The position numbers and the translations under genes are program-made. From positions 1-57,193 of the IMG/VR virus record IMGVR_UViG_3300032331_001351: a stretch of DNA of 57,193 nt; one strand, 5' to 3'. A model generated the notes under the pieces. The model was not told where the DNA came from and made no database searches. It worked only from the letters and a program-made list of their open reading frames with translations. This DNA comes from a virus (taxonomy: Duplodnaviria > Caudoviricetes). Positions 1 to 9,534 of this stretch are shown piece after piece. Position 1 is the stretch's first letter, and the number at the start of each line of letters is the position of its first letter.

Positions 1-123
1 CACTAAAATTTAAACCAGATGTAACAGGAGGGGTGATTAAGCTGTTGTAATTTTGTGTTATCTGCTCAGGGGTTTGACCATAGCGTGTAGCCAGTGTATT
101 GGCTAAGTTATCGTTCATTCCAC
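1..123. repeat. Terminal direct repeat, left copy (123 bp; circular assembly overlap)
   Basis: Bases 1-123 (cactaaaatt...tcgttcattccac) are identical to 57071-57193 and lie inside a continuous ORF. Confidence 0.95.
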
Positions 124-1405
124 CGTTGTCTTTAATTGTGTCTGCTACTTGTTGTGGTGTTGCATTTGGGTTCGCCGCAAACCATTTATCCACGCTGTTT
201 TGAAGAGGTGTAGGTTCAGGTGCAGGCGCAGGAGCACTTTCAGCTTCTTTGATTTTGGAAATAAGACTACGAATCGCACCGCCAAAACCGTAACCGACAG
301 GACCACCATCAGCATACTTTTCAGCAAGGTCGTGAACAGAGCCGCCATGGGCTCTTCCAATGAATATACCGCGTCTGTTAAACTGTGATACATCTGGGCT
401 TGACTCAGTAGTAACAGCGGTGGCGGCATCAGCGGCAGCTTTAGCGTCTGCTGCTGCTTTAGCGTCAGCCGCAGCTTTAGCCGCTTTCTCATTAGCCGCA
501 ATCTGTGCGAATGTAGAGTTAAGATCTTTAGGATTAAATTTGTTTGAGGAAAGTTGATCCATCCAATAGTTGTAACCGGGGGCGTCAATAGTCCCTGCGT
601 CCCAGCTACGACCGATACTCTTATAAGCGTCTACAATATTAGCGTTGTAATTGGGATAAGCCCTCGCTGTGAGTTGCGCCCAATCACCTTCATTTGGTTT
701 ACCAAAAGTAGAAGTTGAGGCGTTTCTCAAGTCAGCATCGGTATAACCAAGGTTACGCTGCTGAAGGTAGTAGTCAGACTTAGCTTGGGGCGCGTCATTA
801 ATCATTGACACCGGCACAGCGCCGTAAGTTGGGTTCTTAAGCTGATTACCGTAATAGCTACCTGTAGCGTTGTAAACGTCTTGATTGCTAATACCTTTGC
901 TTTTCATATAGTCTTGATTAGACTGAGTAGAAGCGTAAGGGTTTAGAGCTACGTAGTCTCTAGTGTTTGCATAAAACTTGTCAGCCCCCATACCTTGACC
1001 GGTTGTGTCATTTTTAGTGGTATTGGTTGCAAACTTCATAGCGTCTGACACCGGGCGATTGCCGACGTCAAACTGACTTTGTACATACATCGGCGTGTTT
1101 TGCAGGCGGTTTTGGTAATCAGTTTTGTAAGTATCATAAGACTTCTGATCAAGTCCGTACTTGCGCATTTGCTCGCCAAAGGCTACCGGGTCATACGCAG
1201 CGCGACCTTCTTTTTTACCGAAGTCAGTATAATGCTGCTGTAATTGCTCAGGAGTAGTTAACGAAGCCGCTGCCAAATCAGGATTCATTTTGGCATAATA
1301 AGCCGTATCAAGTTCCGTACTAGGAGCAGCCGTGCCAGTATAAGTAGCCATACCGGGCGTGCCCACCCCGTACTGCTTCATAATTCGATTGAGTTCAAAT
1401 CCCAT
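1..1405 (-). CDS. N-terminal part of a ~1124-aa putative ejection/internal virion protein spanning the circular junction (continues in 55101-57188)
   Basis: ATG at 1405 with AGGAG SD at 1411-1415. It translates as MGFELNRIMKQYG... and is in frame with the MNDNLAN... ORF (1405-118 = 429 codons). It is absent from the ORF track because it runs off the window edge. Confidence 0.85.
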   Translation of the reverse strand, partial: MGFELNRIMKQYGVGTPGMATYTGTAAPSTELDTAYYAKMNPDLAAASLTTPEQLQQHYTDFGKKEGRAAYDPVAFGEQMRKYGLDQKSYDTYKTDYQNRLQNTPMYVQSQFDVGNRPVSDAMKFATNTTKNDTTGQGMGADKFYANTRDYVALNPYASTQSNQDYMKSKGISNQDVYNATGSYYGNQLKNPTYGAVPVSMINDAPQAKSDYYLQQRNLGYTDADLRNASTSTFGKPNEGDWAQLTARAYPNYNANIVDAYKSIGRSWDAGTIDAPGYNYWMDQLSSNKFNPKDLNSTFAQIAANEKAAKAAADAKAAADAKAAADAATAVTTESSPDVSQFNRRGIFIGRAHGGSVHDLAEKYADGGPVGYGFGGAIRSLISKIKEAESAPAPAPEPTPLQNSVDKWFAANPNATPQQVADTIKDNGGMNDNLANTLATRYGQTPEQITQNYNSLITPPVTSGLNFS

Positions 1406-1414
1406 GTCTGCTCC

Positions 1415-2860
1415 TTAACCTAAAGCGTTCAAACCTTTAGCCGTGTATATTCCGGTCGCCAGTTGAGACAAAGGCGAAGCTGAATATGTGGCACCGGTTG
1501 AACCGCCAGACTGCGTTGTTGTTTGAGGTGTGATTGGAGCCATGCCGCGAACCTGCGTGCTGAGCCAATCCATTTGCTGTTTAGGATACAACTGCTCGTT
1601 CTGGAACTGCTGCTGTGCGGCGTTGAGTTGATTCTGCATTTGACCCTGTTGAGCAGCACCGGCGCTCTCAAGGGAGGCAACGTCAGCTGAACGCATAGCT
1701 TGTTCTTGCTGTTGCATATTAGCAAACTGACTGAGCGCCGACATCTGGCGCTGGTAGTCAGATGCTTGAGCCTGTTGAGCCGCTTGAGCCGCATTAAGAC
1801 CGAACTGCTGCTGGGCTTGACCCGCGCCGGTTTGAGTTTGTCCCAAATTAGCTAAGTTTTGCATTTGTTGAGAAGTCAACTGCCCTTGCGTCTGACCAAT
1901 GTTAGCAAGGTTCTGCTGCTGTTGGGCTGTCAATGAACCTGCGGCTTGTCCAAGGCTTTGATATTGACCCGCGCCCTGAAGCACGCGAGAAAGGTCTGCG
2001 CCGGAAATACTACCGACGGTACCAGCCAACTGCGCTTGACGTGCGAGATCAGCCTGAGAAGCGCCGAGAGCCTGACCGTAGCCTTGGTTAGCCAGTTGAG
2101 CTTGCTGGTTGAGGATAGCTTCCTGAGTGTCACGTACGGCGCGACTACCGAACTCACCCATACGGCTAGAACCAAACTGACCGGCTTTGATGAAGGCGTC
2201 AGACACGCCGGGCAGGATGTTTTCAGAAAGATTACGAGAACCCTGTTTAGCGATAGCGTCCATGACCCCCGTTTGATACGGGCTCATGTATTGGTTGATA
2301 TTAGCAGCGGATGATCCCGCAGCCGCCGTTAAATACGGGTTAGCCGCTGTCAACGCCTGTTTAGAAAGCGCCTGAGCTGTGGTAAGGTCGGCATTTTTTA
2401 AATACGGGTTAGCTGCCGCAACAGAGTCTAAACCGGCGGCTTTAGTCAAATTGCCTGAACCAGCACCAACAATGTCTAATTTACCAGCTTGATCAAAATA
2501 ACCTTGACCAGTTTGTAACTGACCTAAAGCCGTAGCGGGGGCTTGTAAATATTTATTTTGAGCTGCGGTTAAAGTATCAGCAGTACCTTTACTACCAAAC
2601 CCATACATGTCGCTTTGGGCTTTATCTAAGTCTTGTTGATAAAAACCTTGGTTAGCTTGTACATTTTTATACGCTTGCTGCTGTAGCGGAGAAAGCTCAG
2701 CGACAGTAGGCATGTCGTAAGCCTGATAAGGCTTATTGGCAATGTTCTGTGCAACCTGGATTTGATTGTAAATAGCATCTTGCATCCACTTTGGTGTCTC
2801 AGTGGATGAGCTAGCGTACGAAGTTGCGGTCTGTGGAGACCCTTGGAATAAACTACCCAT
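1415..2860 (-). CDS. Putative DNA ejection/pilot protein (Gln/Ala-rich, helical)
   Basis: 481 aa, Q/A/G-rich, lies among ejection-type genes downstream of the GNAT and nozzle genes as in podoviruses. Confidence 0.6.
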   Translation of the reverse strand: MGSLFQGSPQTATSYASSSTETPKWMQDAIYNQIQVAQNIANKPYQAYDMPTVAELSPLQQQAYKNVQANQGFYQQDLDKAQSDMYGFGSKGTADTLTAAQNKYLQAPATALGQLQTGQGYFDQAGKLDIVGAGSGNLTKAAGLDSVAAANPYLKNADLTTAQALSKQALTAANPYLTAAAGSSAANINQYMSPYQTGVMDAIAKQGSRNLSENILPGVSDAFIKAGQFGSSRMGEFGSRAVRDTQEAILNQQAQLANQGYGQALGASQADLARQAQLAGTVGSISGADLSRVLQGAGQYQSLGQAAGSLTAQQQQNLANIGQTQGQLTSQQMQNLANLGQTQTGAGQAQQQFGLNAAQAAQQAQASDYQRQMSALSQFANMQQQEQAMRSADVASLESAGAAQQGQMQNQLNAAQQQFQNEQLYPKQQMDWLSTQVRGMAPITPQTTTQSGGSTGATYSASPLSQLATGIYTAKGLNALG

Positions 2861-4740
2861 TATGCAAACTCCTTCAAATAGGCTAAGGGAGACTTAGCAT
2901 TAGGGCTAATCTTACCCTTTGCTAAAGTCTTACCTTTGTGAGAACGAATGTTTTGGCGCATAGCGTCGAGGCGTTTAGCTCCCTCTTTATTAGAGCCGTC
3001 CCCTAACATTGCAACTGTTTCTGCATCAATCACGTATTCACCATCTGAAAGTTTAGCATCAATGGTGTCTGCTCGACCAGACCCAGCTCCTTGAGCGAAC
3101 CGGGCAACAGCTGACAGAGCGCCGCCCCTTGCTTTGTTTACGACAGGCGCTTGAGGAATATTATAAGCCCCTTGCTCGGCAGCGACTTGCCCCGGCTGGG
3201 TTTGTGCATAACCAGTGATTCGTGGCCAATTAGAAGCCATGAACTGGTCAAGACTCATGTTAGCCGCATTAGCATCGGTTTGCATTCTATTCCAATCCCA
3301 TGTGACTGAAGGACGGTTAAAATACTCTTGCTGCTGCGGAGACATTTTCGCTATAGCTTCTTGAGCTACAGGTGGTGGTTTCTGTAGAGCGCTCAGAATA
3401 GACAAACCGCCCAACACTTTAGTTCCTATACCCATGCCGGTATCAGCTTTAGCGTCGGTCGTAGTTGTTGGGGTTTTGGTTTCAAACGGGCTACCCTTGA
3501 GAGCTTTGTCCCAGAATCCAGGCTCAGCGGTTTTCCATGCCACTTTGCCATCCGGACCAACTTGATAAGAACCTGCATCAACTTTAAAAGCCATTTTTCC
3601 GGTCGCCGGGTCTAATACGTTTGTACCCGTTCTACCTTGAGCGTCTGTACCGGCTGTTCCTGGAGCGGGCGCAGTGCTACCGTCAGGCATAGTGATTGTT
3701 TTAGGCGCTGCAGCTTCACCGGTTTTAAGGTTATCAACCACCGCGTCAGAAGGTTTCATACCAACATTAACGCCTCGCATTAAACCTGAAGCCAGACCGA
3801 CGGTCGCAGCTGTTTTAGGATCATAGCCTGCGGTCAATGCGTTGCCAAAACTCTGTCCGGCACTAGTGACACCCTGCTCAAACGCAGTCGGACCACCAGC
3901 CAGATTACCAGCAAGTTGGCCGATTGCGCCACCGGCAACACCTTGCAAAGCGCCTTTAGCAAAACCCTGACCAGTGATTGCCCCTGCGGCACCACCAACT
4001 AAACCGCTACCTATGATATTTTGCGTGACGGCGCTAGCACCAGGAGCGACAAACTCACCCACAGCGCCACCTAGACCGCCACCTAGCCCGCCCATTAGAG
4101 CGCCTTTTTTCCAATCTCCACCGCCGAGCGCAGAGCTTGCGCCGCCAATAATGGCTCCGCCAAGCATTGACGCCCCGATACCTGAAGCGCCTAACGCGCT
4201 ACCTATAGCTGTGCCTAAACCGGGAACAAAGACAGCCAAGGCGATAGGTAAAACTGCAGATAAAAAGTCGCCGCCGTCTTTATATTCACGCAAGCCTGTG
4301 TTTGGGTTGATAGTACCCGCGCCGCCCATGCGCTTGAGCATCTCAGCTTCGCGGCTATTGATGTGCGCTAGTTCAGTATCACCGCCGCGACCCGCAGACG
4401 CAACGCGGCGAGCGGCGACCGCTAAACCGCCGCGAGCGTAACCTTGCTTTTTCAACCGGTCTTGCAAGCCGTAAAGCGCAATTAGCAAAGAAACAACAAA
4501 CACTTGATCAAACTGTTCAGGCACCATTCGCGCATCAATGATGCCGTCTTTGACTGCGGCGTCACGAACTTCTTGATACTTGTCAGGGTTTTGGAGAACA
4601 AACTCTAGCAGCTGAATAGATTTATCAAGATCTTCCGGCACGATAGGCATGCGCGCAACTTGCGCCTCCATCGCATCGACAGCTTGCGCATACTGAGGGT
4701 CTTGCTCAGCCATTTGCGTGATAGCGCTTCTAATTTCCAT
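2860..4740 (-). CDS. Putative ejection/internal virion protein with Gly-zipper hydrophobic segments and AxGG motifs
   Basis: 626 aa; YARGG, YKDGG and KARGG motifs; GRGGDTELAHIN...INPNTGLREY and GSGRADTIDAKLSDGEYV modules; long Gly/Ala-rich hydrophobic stretch. Confidence 0.6.
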   Translation of the reverse strand: MEIRSAITQMAEQDPQYAQAVDAMEAQVARMPIVPEDLDKSIQLLEFVLQNPDKYQEVRDAAVKDGIIDARMVPEQFDQVFVVSLLIALYGLQDRLKKQGYARGGLAVAARRVASAGRGGDTELAHINSREAEMLKRMGGAGTINPNTGLREYKDGGDFLSAVLPIALAVFVPGLGTAIGSALGASGIGASMLGGAIIGGASSALGGGDWKKGALMGGLGGGLGGAVGEFVAPGASAVTQNIIGSGLVGGAAGAITGQGFAKGALQGVAGGAIGQLAGNLAGGPTAFEQGVTSAGQSFGNALTAGYDPKTAATVGLASGLMRGVNVGMKPSDAVVDNLKTGEAAAPKTITMPDGSTAPAPGTAGTDAQGRTGTNVLDPATGKMAFKVDAGSYQVGPDGKVAWKTAEPGFWDKALKGSPFETKTPTTTTDAKADTGMGIGTKVLGGLSILSALQKPPPVAQEAIAKMSPQQQEYFNRPSVTWDWNRMQTDANAANMSLDQFMASNWPRITGYAQTQPGQVAAEQGAYNIPQAPVVNKARGGALSAVARFAQGAGSGRADTIDAKLSDGEYVIDAETVAMLGDGSNKEGAKRLDAMRQNIRSHKGKTLAKGKISPNAKSPLAYLKEFA

Positions 4741-4741
4741 A

Positions 4742-5176
4742 TTAACCTCTGTACCAAACGTGTGAATGATAATCCTCAGCTAAAAAGCCGTAGATGTGTA
4801 AATCGTCGTCAGCCAACGCTTTACGCATCACGCCTTCTAACTTAAACCCAAAATGCTCATTGAGTTTTTTAGCTAGTTTGTTTTTACCGCGCAGCAAACC
4901 GGTAACCCGTGCCGCCCGCAGCTTGTCAAACACAAAACCAAAAACCTCATTAAACATCTCAATCGTGCCTTTCGGCGTTACTTTCCTGTTGTCAATGACA
5001 ATGCTGAGGTCAATGTTACGGGGCGTGAAATTAGTCATCACCACGACGCATACAAACTCATCATTCTCATCCACCGCCGACATCGTCCTGAAGAACGATG
5101 GCGCATTTTCAAGCTCTAGTTTTGCACGCGCCCAAGCCTCAGCTTCGTCTTCGCGTTCAAAACCAATAAACCGCAT
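4742..5176 (-). CDS. GNAT-fold acetyltransferase-like virion assembly protein
   Basis: C-terminal N..A.KLNEHFGFKLEGVMR is a RimJ-type GNAT motif; position before the ejection genes is typical of podoviruses. Confidence 0.75.
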   Translation of the reverse strand: MRFIGFEREDEAEAWARAKLELENAPSFFRTMSAVDENDEFVCVVVMTNFTPRNIDLSIVIDNRKVTPKGTIEMFNEVFGFVFDKLRAARVTGLLRGKNKLAKKLNEHFGFKLEGVMRKALADDDLHIYGFLAEDYHSHVWYRG

Positions 5177-5412
5177 TACTCAGCCGCCTGACAGAACCTT
5201 TCAGCCCACTCCCGCCAGTCACTAAACTGGTATGGGTTAGGGAAGTTCTCTTTCAACGTCAAATTGTTCAAAAACTGCATAGCCCAGTTCTGCCAGTTAT
5301 CCACCTCGTCTAACCGACCGAACGCACCGTAAGGGTCAAGGTCAAGCGTGACTTGGTCAGCCCAGTCACGCAGCTCCATGTACATTGGCAAAGTGATGCG
5401 AACACCGCTCAT
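5176..5412 (-). CDS. Hypothetical Trp-rich protein
   Basis: 78 aa, translationally coupled to both neighbours (TAATG and ATGA overlaps). Confidence 0.7.
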   Translation of the reverse strand: MSGVRITLPMYMELRDWADQVTLDLDPYGAFGRLDEVDNWQNWAMQFLNNLTLKENFPNPYQFSDWREWAERFCQAAE

Positions 5413-7256
5413 CCCAACACCGTCTTGTCGCCAGTGGACACGTGACCGATGATTTGACCCATCTGGTAGTCGCCATACACTTCATTTGATTCAAACCGCA
5501 CGCGGAGTTCGCGGCGCTGCTCTTTGAGCATAACGATTTCTTGAAACGGCTCGCTAATGTTGTTTGGATCAACAAAAGTGAAATTAGAACTGTAAACTTC
5601 AGGCGCTCTAGCATTAGCGCGTCCCGTAACCTGCACGGTCATGTCGCCGCTCTGTACAAAGTCAGGTTCAATACGGGTAATGCGCAAATACTCATTTTTA
5701 CCTTGAGTAAGTGAAGACAGGTCGGCGGTTTCAAAATAAGACGCTATCGGGTTTATAATTTGTCCGTCAATCTCATCAACGCCTTGCTCCTGAACCCAAA
5801 CGCGATAATCGCTACCCGTGCCGACAGCGCCAGCTAGGATAGGCGCGGCAAAAGCATTGTTGAAAGCCCCGGCAGCGCGACCATTAGCGGGCAGCTGAGT
5901 GTCATACCACGTGTTTTCACGCACATTATAAATTACTGCGTGAGTGCATTCGGTAGCGTCACCGCGAGGGTAGCACCACCAGATCTCGCCGTAACGAGGC
6001 ACTTTGAAAGCAAACACTTTATTGCGCTCGCGTTTGTTGAGACCGTCAAAAAAGTAATTCAAGTTCAAAGAGTTTGGCACCTCACGCACCACGCCGTTGA
6101 ACATTAAAAACCGGTCAACACCACACCAGAAAAACACGCCATCATAATCTACGACAGAGTTTTCAGAAATGATAGACGTGTCCGTAGCTACTACGTCAAA
6201 TTGAAAAACAGCAGAGCCGCCGGTGAACGTGGCGCGGATAACCGCGTCATAAGCCCAGAAGATACCGGCAGGAGCTGTGCCTGAACCAGCGCGTAAGGGT
6301 AAACCCTTGATAATCTTTTGACCCCACACCCGAGCGACCCCAGCGCCAGCGCCGGTTTCGGTCAAGTTGGTCGGCTCACCGGGCACAGACCAGCCGATGA
6401 TGCCGTCTGTTCCGTAATAGAACAAATAGGGGTGTAGAGAAACAACGCCGCCGGTGCAGTTTGTGTTCGCCGGCAAGTTTACCGATTGTAAAACACCTGT
6501 ACCTAACACTTCACCAAAGAAGATCTGCCCCCCGGTGCTGTTAGAGATACTATGTAGGTTCGGTGACACATGGGCGATTATGTAGTTCTGATTAGTAGAA
6601 GAATCATACTGGTAATCAAACATCCACATATTTTCAACGCTAGTGACTAGCGCGTCCGAACCGCCGGACATGTCCACTTTTGAAGTGGTGAGCGTCGTAG
6701 TGGTAGCGACTACTGCCAAGCCGTTGGGCGCAGAACCCGCAAGAGTTGCGGTGATATTGATCTGTGCTCCAACAGCAACAGCTGAGTAATTCGGGCTAGA
6801 CGTATAAGCGGTGATATTAGCCGCGACCGCCGTAGCAGTAGCTGCTAAGCTAGTTGCGTAAGCGACCGGAGCCGACATAATGTTGATACCGTTAACAGTT
6901 ATACTGTCAACCGAACCGGCAGCGCCGCCCGTCAGCGTAACGCTACCCGTTGCTTGAACCGCAGCCGGAGTTCTATTGCTAACTACTGAGCTGTTTCCGG
7001 TGATGTCTAAGGTAAAACGCTCAAGCGTGCTAGAGCCGCCAGAGTGGCAGTAAATATAATCTTGCTGTGTAAAGTTTGAGAACCCGCGACTGATTTGAGT
7101 CAAATACTTTTGCGTTGATTTATAACCGCCGATTTTACGGGGTAAACCCCGTTGCCAACGAACCCACTGCCCGTCAGTGTAAAAATTGCCGTCAAATTTA
7201 GTCCCGTCCCGTTTAATACCGGGTTCAGACCTGAGGACAACGGTCATTTCAGGCAT
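5409..7256 (-). CDS. Putative tail nozzle/DNA stabilisation protein (P22 gp10-like position)
   Basis: 615 aa, beta-rich; N-terminal PGIKRDGT...WVRWQRGLPRKIGG; EIWWCYP motif; synteny with adaptor and GNAT genes. Confidence 0.6.
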   Translation of the reverse strand: MPEMTVVLRSEPGIKRDGTKFDGNFYTDGQWVRWQRGLPRKIGGYKSTQKYLTQISRGFSNFTQQDYIYCHSGGSSTLERFTLDITGNSSVVSNRTPAAVQATGSVTLTGGAAGSVDSITVNGINIMSAPVAYATSLAATATAVAANITAYTSSPNYSAVAVGAQINITATLAGSAPNGLAVVATTTTLTTSKVDMSGGSDALVTSVENMWMFDYQYDSSTNQNYIIAHVSPNLHSISNSTGGQIFFGEVLGTGVLQSVNLPANTNCTGGVVSLHPYLFYYGTDGIIGWSVPGEPTNLTETGAGAGVARVWGQKIIKGLPLRAGSGTAPAGIFWAYDAVIRATFTGGSAVFQFDVVATDTSIISENSVVDYDGVFFWCGVDRFLMFNGVVREVPNSLNLNYFFDGLNKRERNKVFAFKVPRYGEIWWCYPRGDATECTHAVIYNVRENTWYDTQLPANGRAAGAFNNAFAAPILAGAVGTGSDYRVWVQEQGVDEIDGQIINPIASYFETADLSSLTQGKNEYLRITRIEPDFVQSGDMTVQVTGRANARAPEVYSSNFTFVDPNNISEPFQEIVMLKEQRRELRVRFESNEVYGDYQMGQIIGHVSTGDKTVLG

Positions 7257-8455
7257 TAGAACGTCCCGCCGTTAACAGCGCCCGCAGGCAACGCGCCCAA
7301 CGCAGCATAAGCCGCCGCCCCGTCTACGGCAGTAAACACGCCGATACCGACAGAAGTGCCGCCTAGGTTAATCAAAGCTGACCCAGCCGTAGTTGCTCCA
7401 GTTCCACCCTGAGCGACTGCAATTGGATAAGACACGCCGAAGGTGTCAGCGCGTAGCACGTTCGTGCCGTCGCTATACATGATGGCGCGTTCGCCACTAG
7501 CTAGGGCAACCCCTGTACCCGCCGGTGTTTTTACTGTGAACGTATAAGCGCCGGTAGTCTGGTTGTCAACCCAATACTGCTGTACTGTGGCGGGCACAAT
7601 AATATTGCGGTTACCCGTCAACACCCCAGTAAAGCGGTATGACACTCGGTTGAGTTCAGTACCGGTCAATGTGTAGTTACCTGTACCGCCCACTGCAATG
7701 ACCGTATAGTCAAACGCAAAAACAGCAGACTTACCGAAACCGATGGTGTAGAAATTAACGCCGTCACAGGCAATGATCGCTGACTCACCGGGTTGAAAGC
7801 TGAGGAACGATGTGCCGTCAATCAGCGTTGTACCGGGCGCATCTGCGGCAATAGCCCCGGTGCCTGAGTTGCGCAAATATATAAACCAGTTATTACCTAG
7901 GACTGTAGGGTCTGGTAGAGTTAGCGTGCCGCCCGCGCCTGTCCAGTTGAACATTTTAGCGCGGTCAGCTAGCGCCGACGTGTAGTTACTGTTGAAACCT
8001 GTGATTGGTACCGACTGAGAAAGCAGAGCACCTACAGCTACAATACCCGTTCCGGCGAGCGCAGAAGCGTTAGCAGTAGAAGTCGTAGCGCCGAACTGTA
8101 GCGTCTCCCATAGCCCGGCTACCGTAGAGTTGTTGGTCAAGTAGACTTGCCATACCGTGCCCGGAGCAATAGAAACGACTTGAACGCTGGCGGCGTCTCT
8201 AACTACGAAAGTTTGAGAACCTTGGTTGTTGAAAAGAATCGTATTACCCGTGCCCGTTTTAGAGGCATCGGGCAGCGTAATAAACAACCCCGCCGAGGAC
8301 GCCGTGACGTCCATGATGCGGGTCGCAAGGTTTATACTAGTTGAGGTTTCGGTTGGCCAGCTGAGAACGATGTTGGTGGACAGCGCCACCGAACTATAGC
8401 TAATCTCACTGGGGTAAATGTTCGCGCCACCAAAGACGTCATTATAGATAGGCAT
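7256..8455 (-). CDS. Putative tail structural protein
   Basis: 399 aa, T/G/S-rich beta character, ends in VNGGTF like the long fibre gene. Confidence 0.6.
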   Translation of the reverse strand: MPIYNDVFGGANIYPSEISYSSVALSTNIVLSWPTETSTSINLATRIMDVTASSAGLFITLPDASKTGTGNTILFNNQGSQTFVVRDAASVQVVSIAPGTVWQVYLTNNSTVAGLWETLQFGATTSTANASALAGTGIVAVGALLSQSVPITGFNSNYTSALADRAKMFNWTGAGGTLTLPDPTVLGNNWFIYLRNSGTGAIAADAPGTTLIDGTSFLSFQPGESAIIACDGVNFYTIGFGKSAVFAFDYTVIAVGGTGNYTLTGTELNRVSYRFTGVLTGNRNIIVPATVQQYWVDNQTTGAYTFTVKTPAGTGVALASGERAIMYSDGTNVLRADTFGVSYPIAVAQGGTGATTAGSALINLGGTSVGIGVFTAVDGAAAYAALGALPAGAVNGGTF

Positions 8456-9087
8456 TACGCTTCACTCCTGTTTGCTGAGCGATCCATGATGCGCTTGAGG
8501 TCTTCCCCGTTGAGAGCCTGAGCAGCACGGTCGTACATTCCCTGCCACGTTTGAATACGCTCATCACTTTTGAGGAACGGGGTAGCTTCCAGCAGGGTTG
8601 CGTAAAGCAACACGTCAGGTGCGTATTCAGTGAGCCAGTTTGTTTGAAAATCATCACCCAGGAAACGCGGCTGCTCGTAGTATAAAATTTCAAGCGTCTT
8701 TGCGGTGGCTGGGGTCGGGGTTATAAGCCAGTGCTGAAAGTCGTAATCAGCATAGTACGCAGGGCTACCGGTTTGAGTTTCAACTGGCCAGTAGTTACGT
8801 AGATACTCGTATGAACGGGCAAAAATAGGAACGCCGTCAACAGTCATACTCACCGTATCGCGCCAGCGGTCAGGCTTCAAGTAAACAGCCACCCCCGCCG
8901 AGAGCGGCGTAGTTACTGCGCGAATAAAACCTTCAATTTTAAGTTCACGGGCGATACGGCGCTCACCTAGTGTAACTAGGCGAGGGAGCTGGTCATAAAC
9001 GATTTGGTCGCTCTCCTGCGTGAAACCACGTTCAAGATAGCGCCTCACGTCCACCAGCAGACTGTCGTACGTCATGCTATAGCTCAT
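8455..9087 (-). CDS. Putative head-tail adaptor protein
   Basis: 210 aa; PTP...LEILYY and NWLTEYAPDVLLYATLLEA motifs typical of podovirus adaptor-like proteins. Confidence 0.6.
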   Translation of the reverse strand: MSYSMTYDSLLVDVRRYLERGFTQESDQIVYDQLPRLVTLGERRIARELKIEGFIRAVTTPLSAGVAVYLKPDRWRDTVSMTVDGVPIFARSYEYLRNYWPVETQTGSPAYYADYDFQHWLITPTPATAKTLEILYYEQPRFLGDDFQTNWLTEYAPDVLLYATLLEATPFLKSDERIQTWQGMYDRAAQALNGEDLKRIMDRSANRSEA

Positions 9088-9127
9088 AAATACTCCATGG
9101 GTATTAGCAGCTGATTCAGCATGCGCC
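9088..9127 (-). promoter_or_regulatory. Candidate structured 5' leader, copy 1
   Basis: CAUG-CU-N5-AGCUGC...CAUG-N8-AUG; an AAUAC/GUAUU stem encloses the GGAG SD; paralogous to 21956-22000. Confidence 0.45.
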
Positions 9128-9137
9128 GTTTTGATGA

Positions 9138-9167
9138 ATTATAACCTTGAAACAAGTTTCAAGGCAA
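9138..9167 (-). promoter_or_regulatory. sigma70-type promoter TTGCCT-N18-TATAAT containing a palindrome
   Basis: Minus-strand -35 at 9167-9162 and -10 at 9143-9138; CCTTGAAAC-AA-GTTTCAAGG inverted repeat at 9145-9164. Confidence 0.7.
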
Positions 9168-9192
9168 GTTGTTCTAGTTTTTAGCAGGGAGT

Positions 9193-9534
9193 TCACCCCA
9201 CGTTGCGCTCAAAGTGAGGACAATCTACCAATGATTTGAAATTACCACCCCACCTGTTTTTAGGGTGCAGCGTCTCCCAATAAGCACCCAGAGGAGCTAA
9301 CGCAGCTTTGTCCCAAATGATCTGCCCGCTTTTAAAGAAGTTCAGGTCTATCGCGCAGCGCTTCAGGTGTATCGAGTTTAGCGTTTTAGAGCGACCCGTT
9401 TTTACGTAAATGGCTTGTTGCTCAGGGGTGCGGGCGAGTTCCCCGCCGGTAACCATAAAGCCTTGAGCCGTAGCGTACTGGATGAGTTTGCAGGCATCTA
9501 GCAAAAACCCCGCCTGTTCATTACTTAAGCTCAT
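9193..9534 (-). CDS. Endolysin, peptidase M15 family (L-Ala-D-Glu peptidase-like)
   Basis: RT.EQQ, SxH....AxD (SIHLKRCAID) and WGG.F...D.PHFE zinc-peptidase motifs. Confidence 0.85.
   Translation of the reverse strand: MSLSNEQAGFLLDACKLIQYATAQGFMVTGGELARTPEQQAIYVKTGRSKTLNSIHLKRCAIDLNFFKSGQIIWDKAALAPLGAYWETLHPKNRWGGNFKSLVDCPHFERNVG

Noticed and set aside
1-123. Biological direct terminal repeat
   Set aside because: The exact 123-bp overlap falls mid-gene, which is typical of assembler circularisation; the real termini cannot be inferred.
145-588. 147-aa ORF in the track
   Set aside because: It is an alternate frame within the longer SD-supported ORF starting at 1405.
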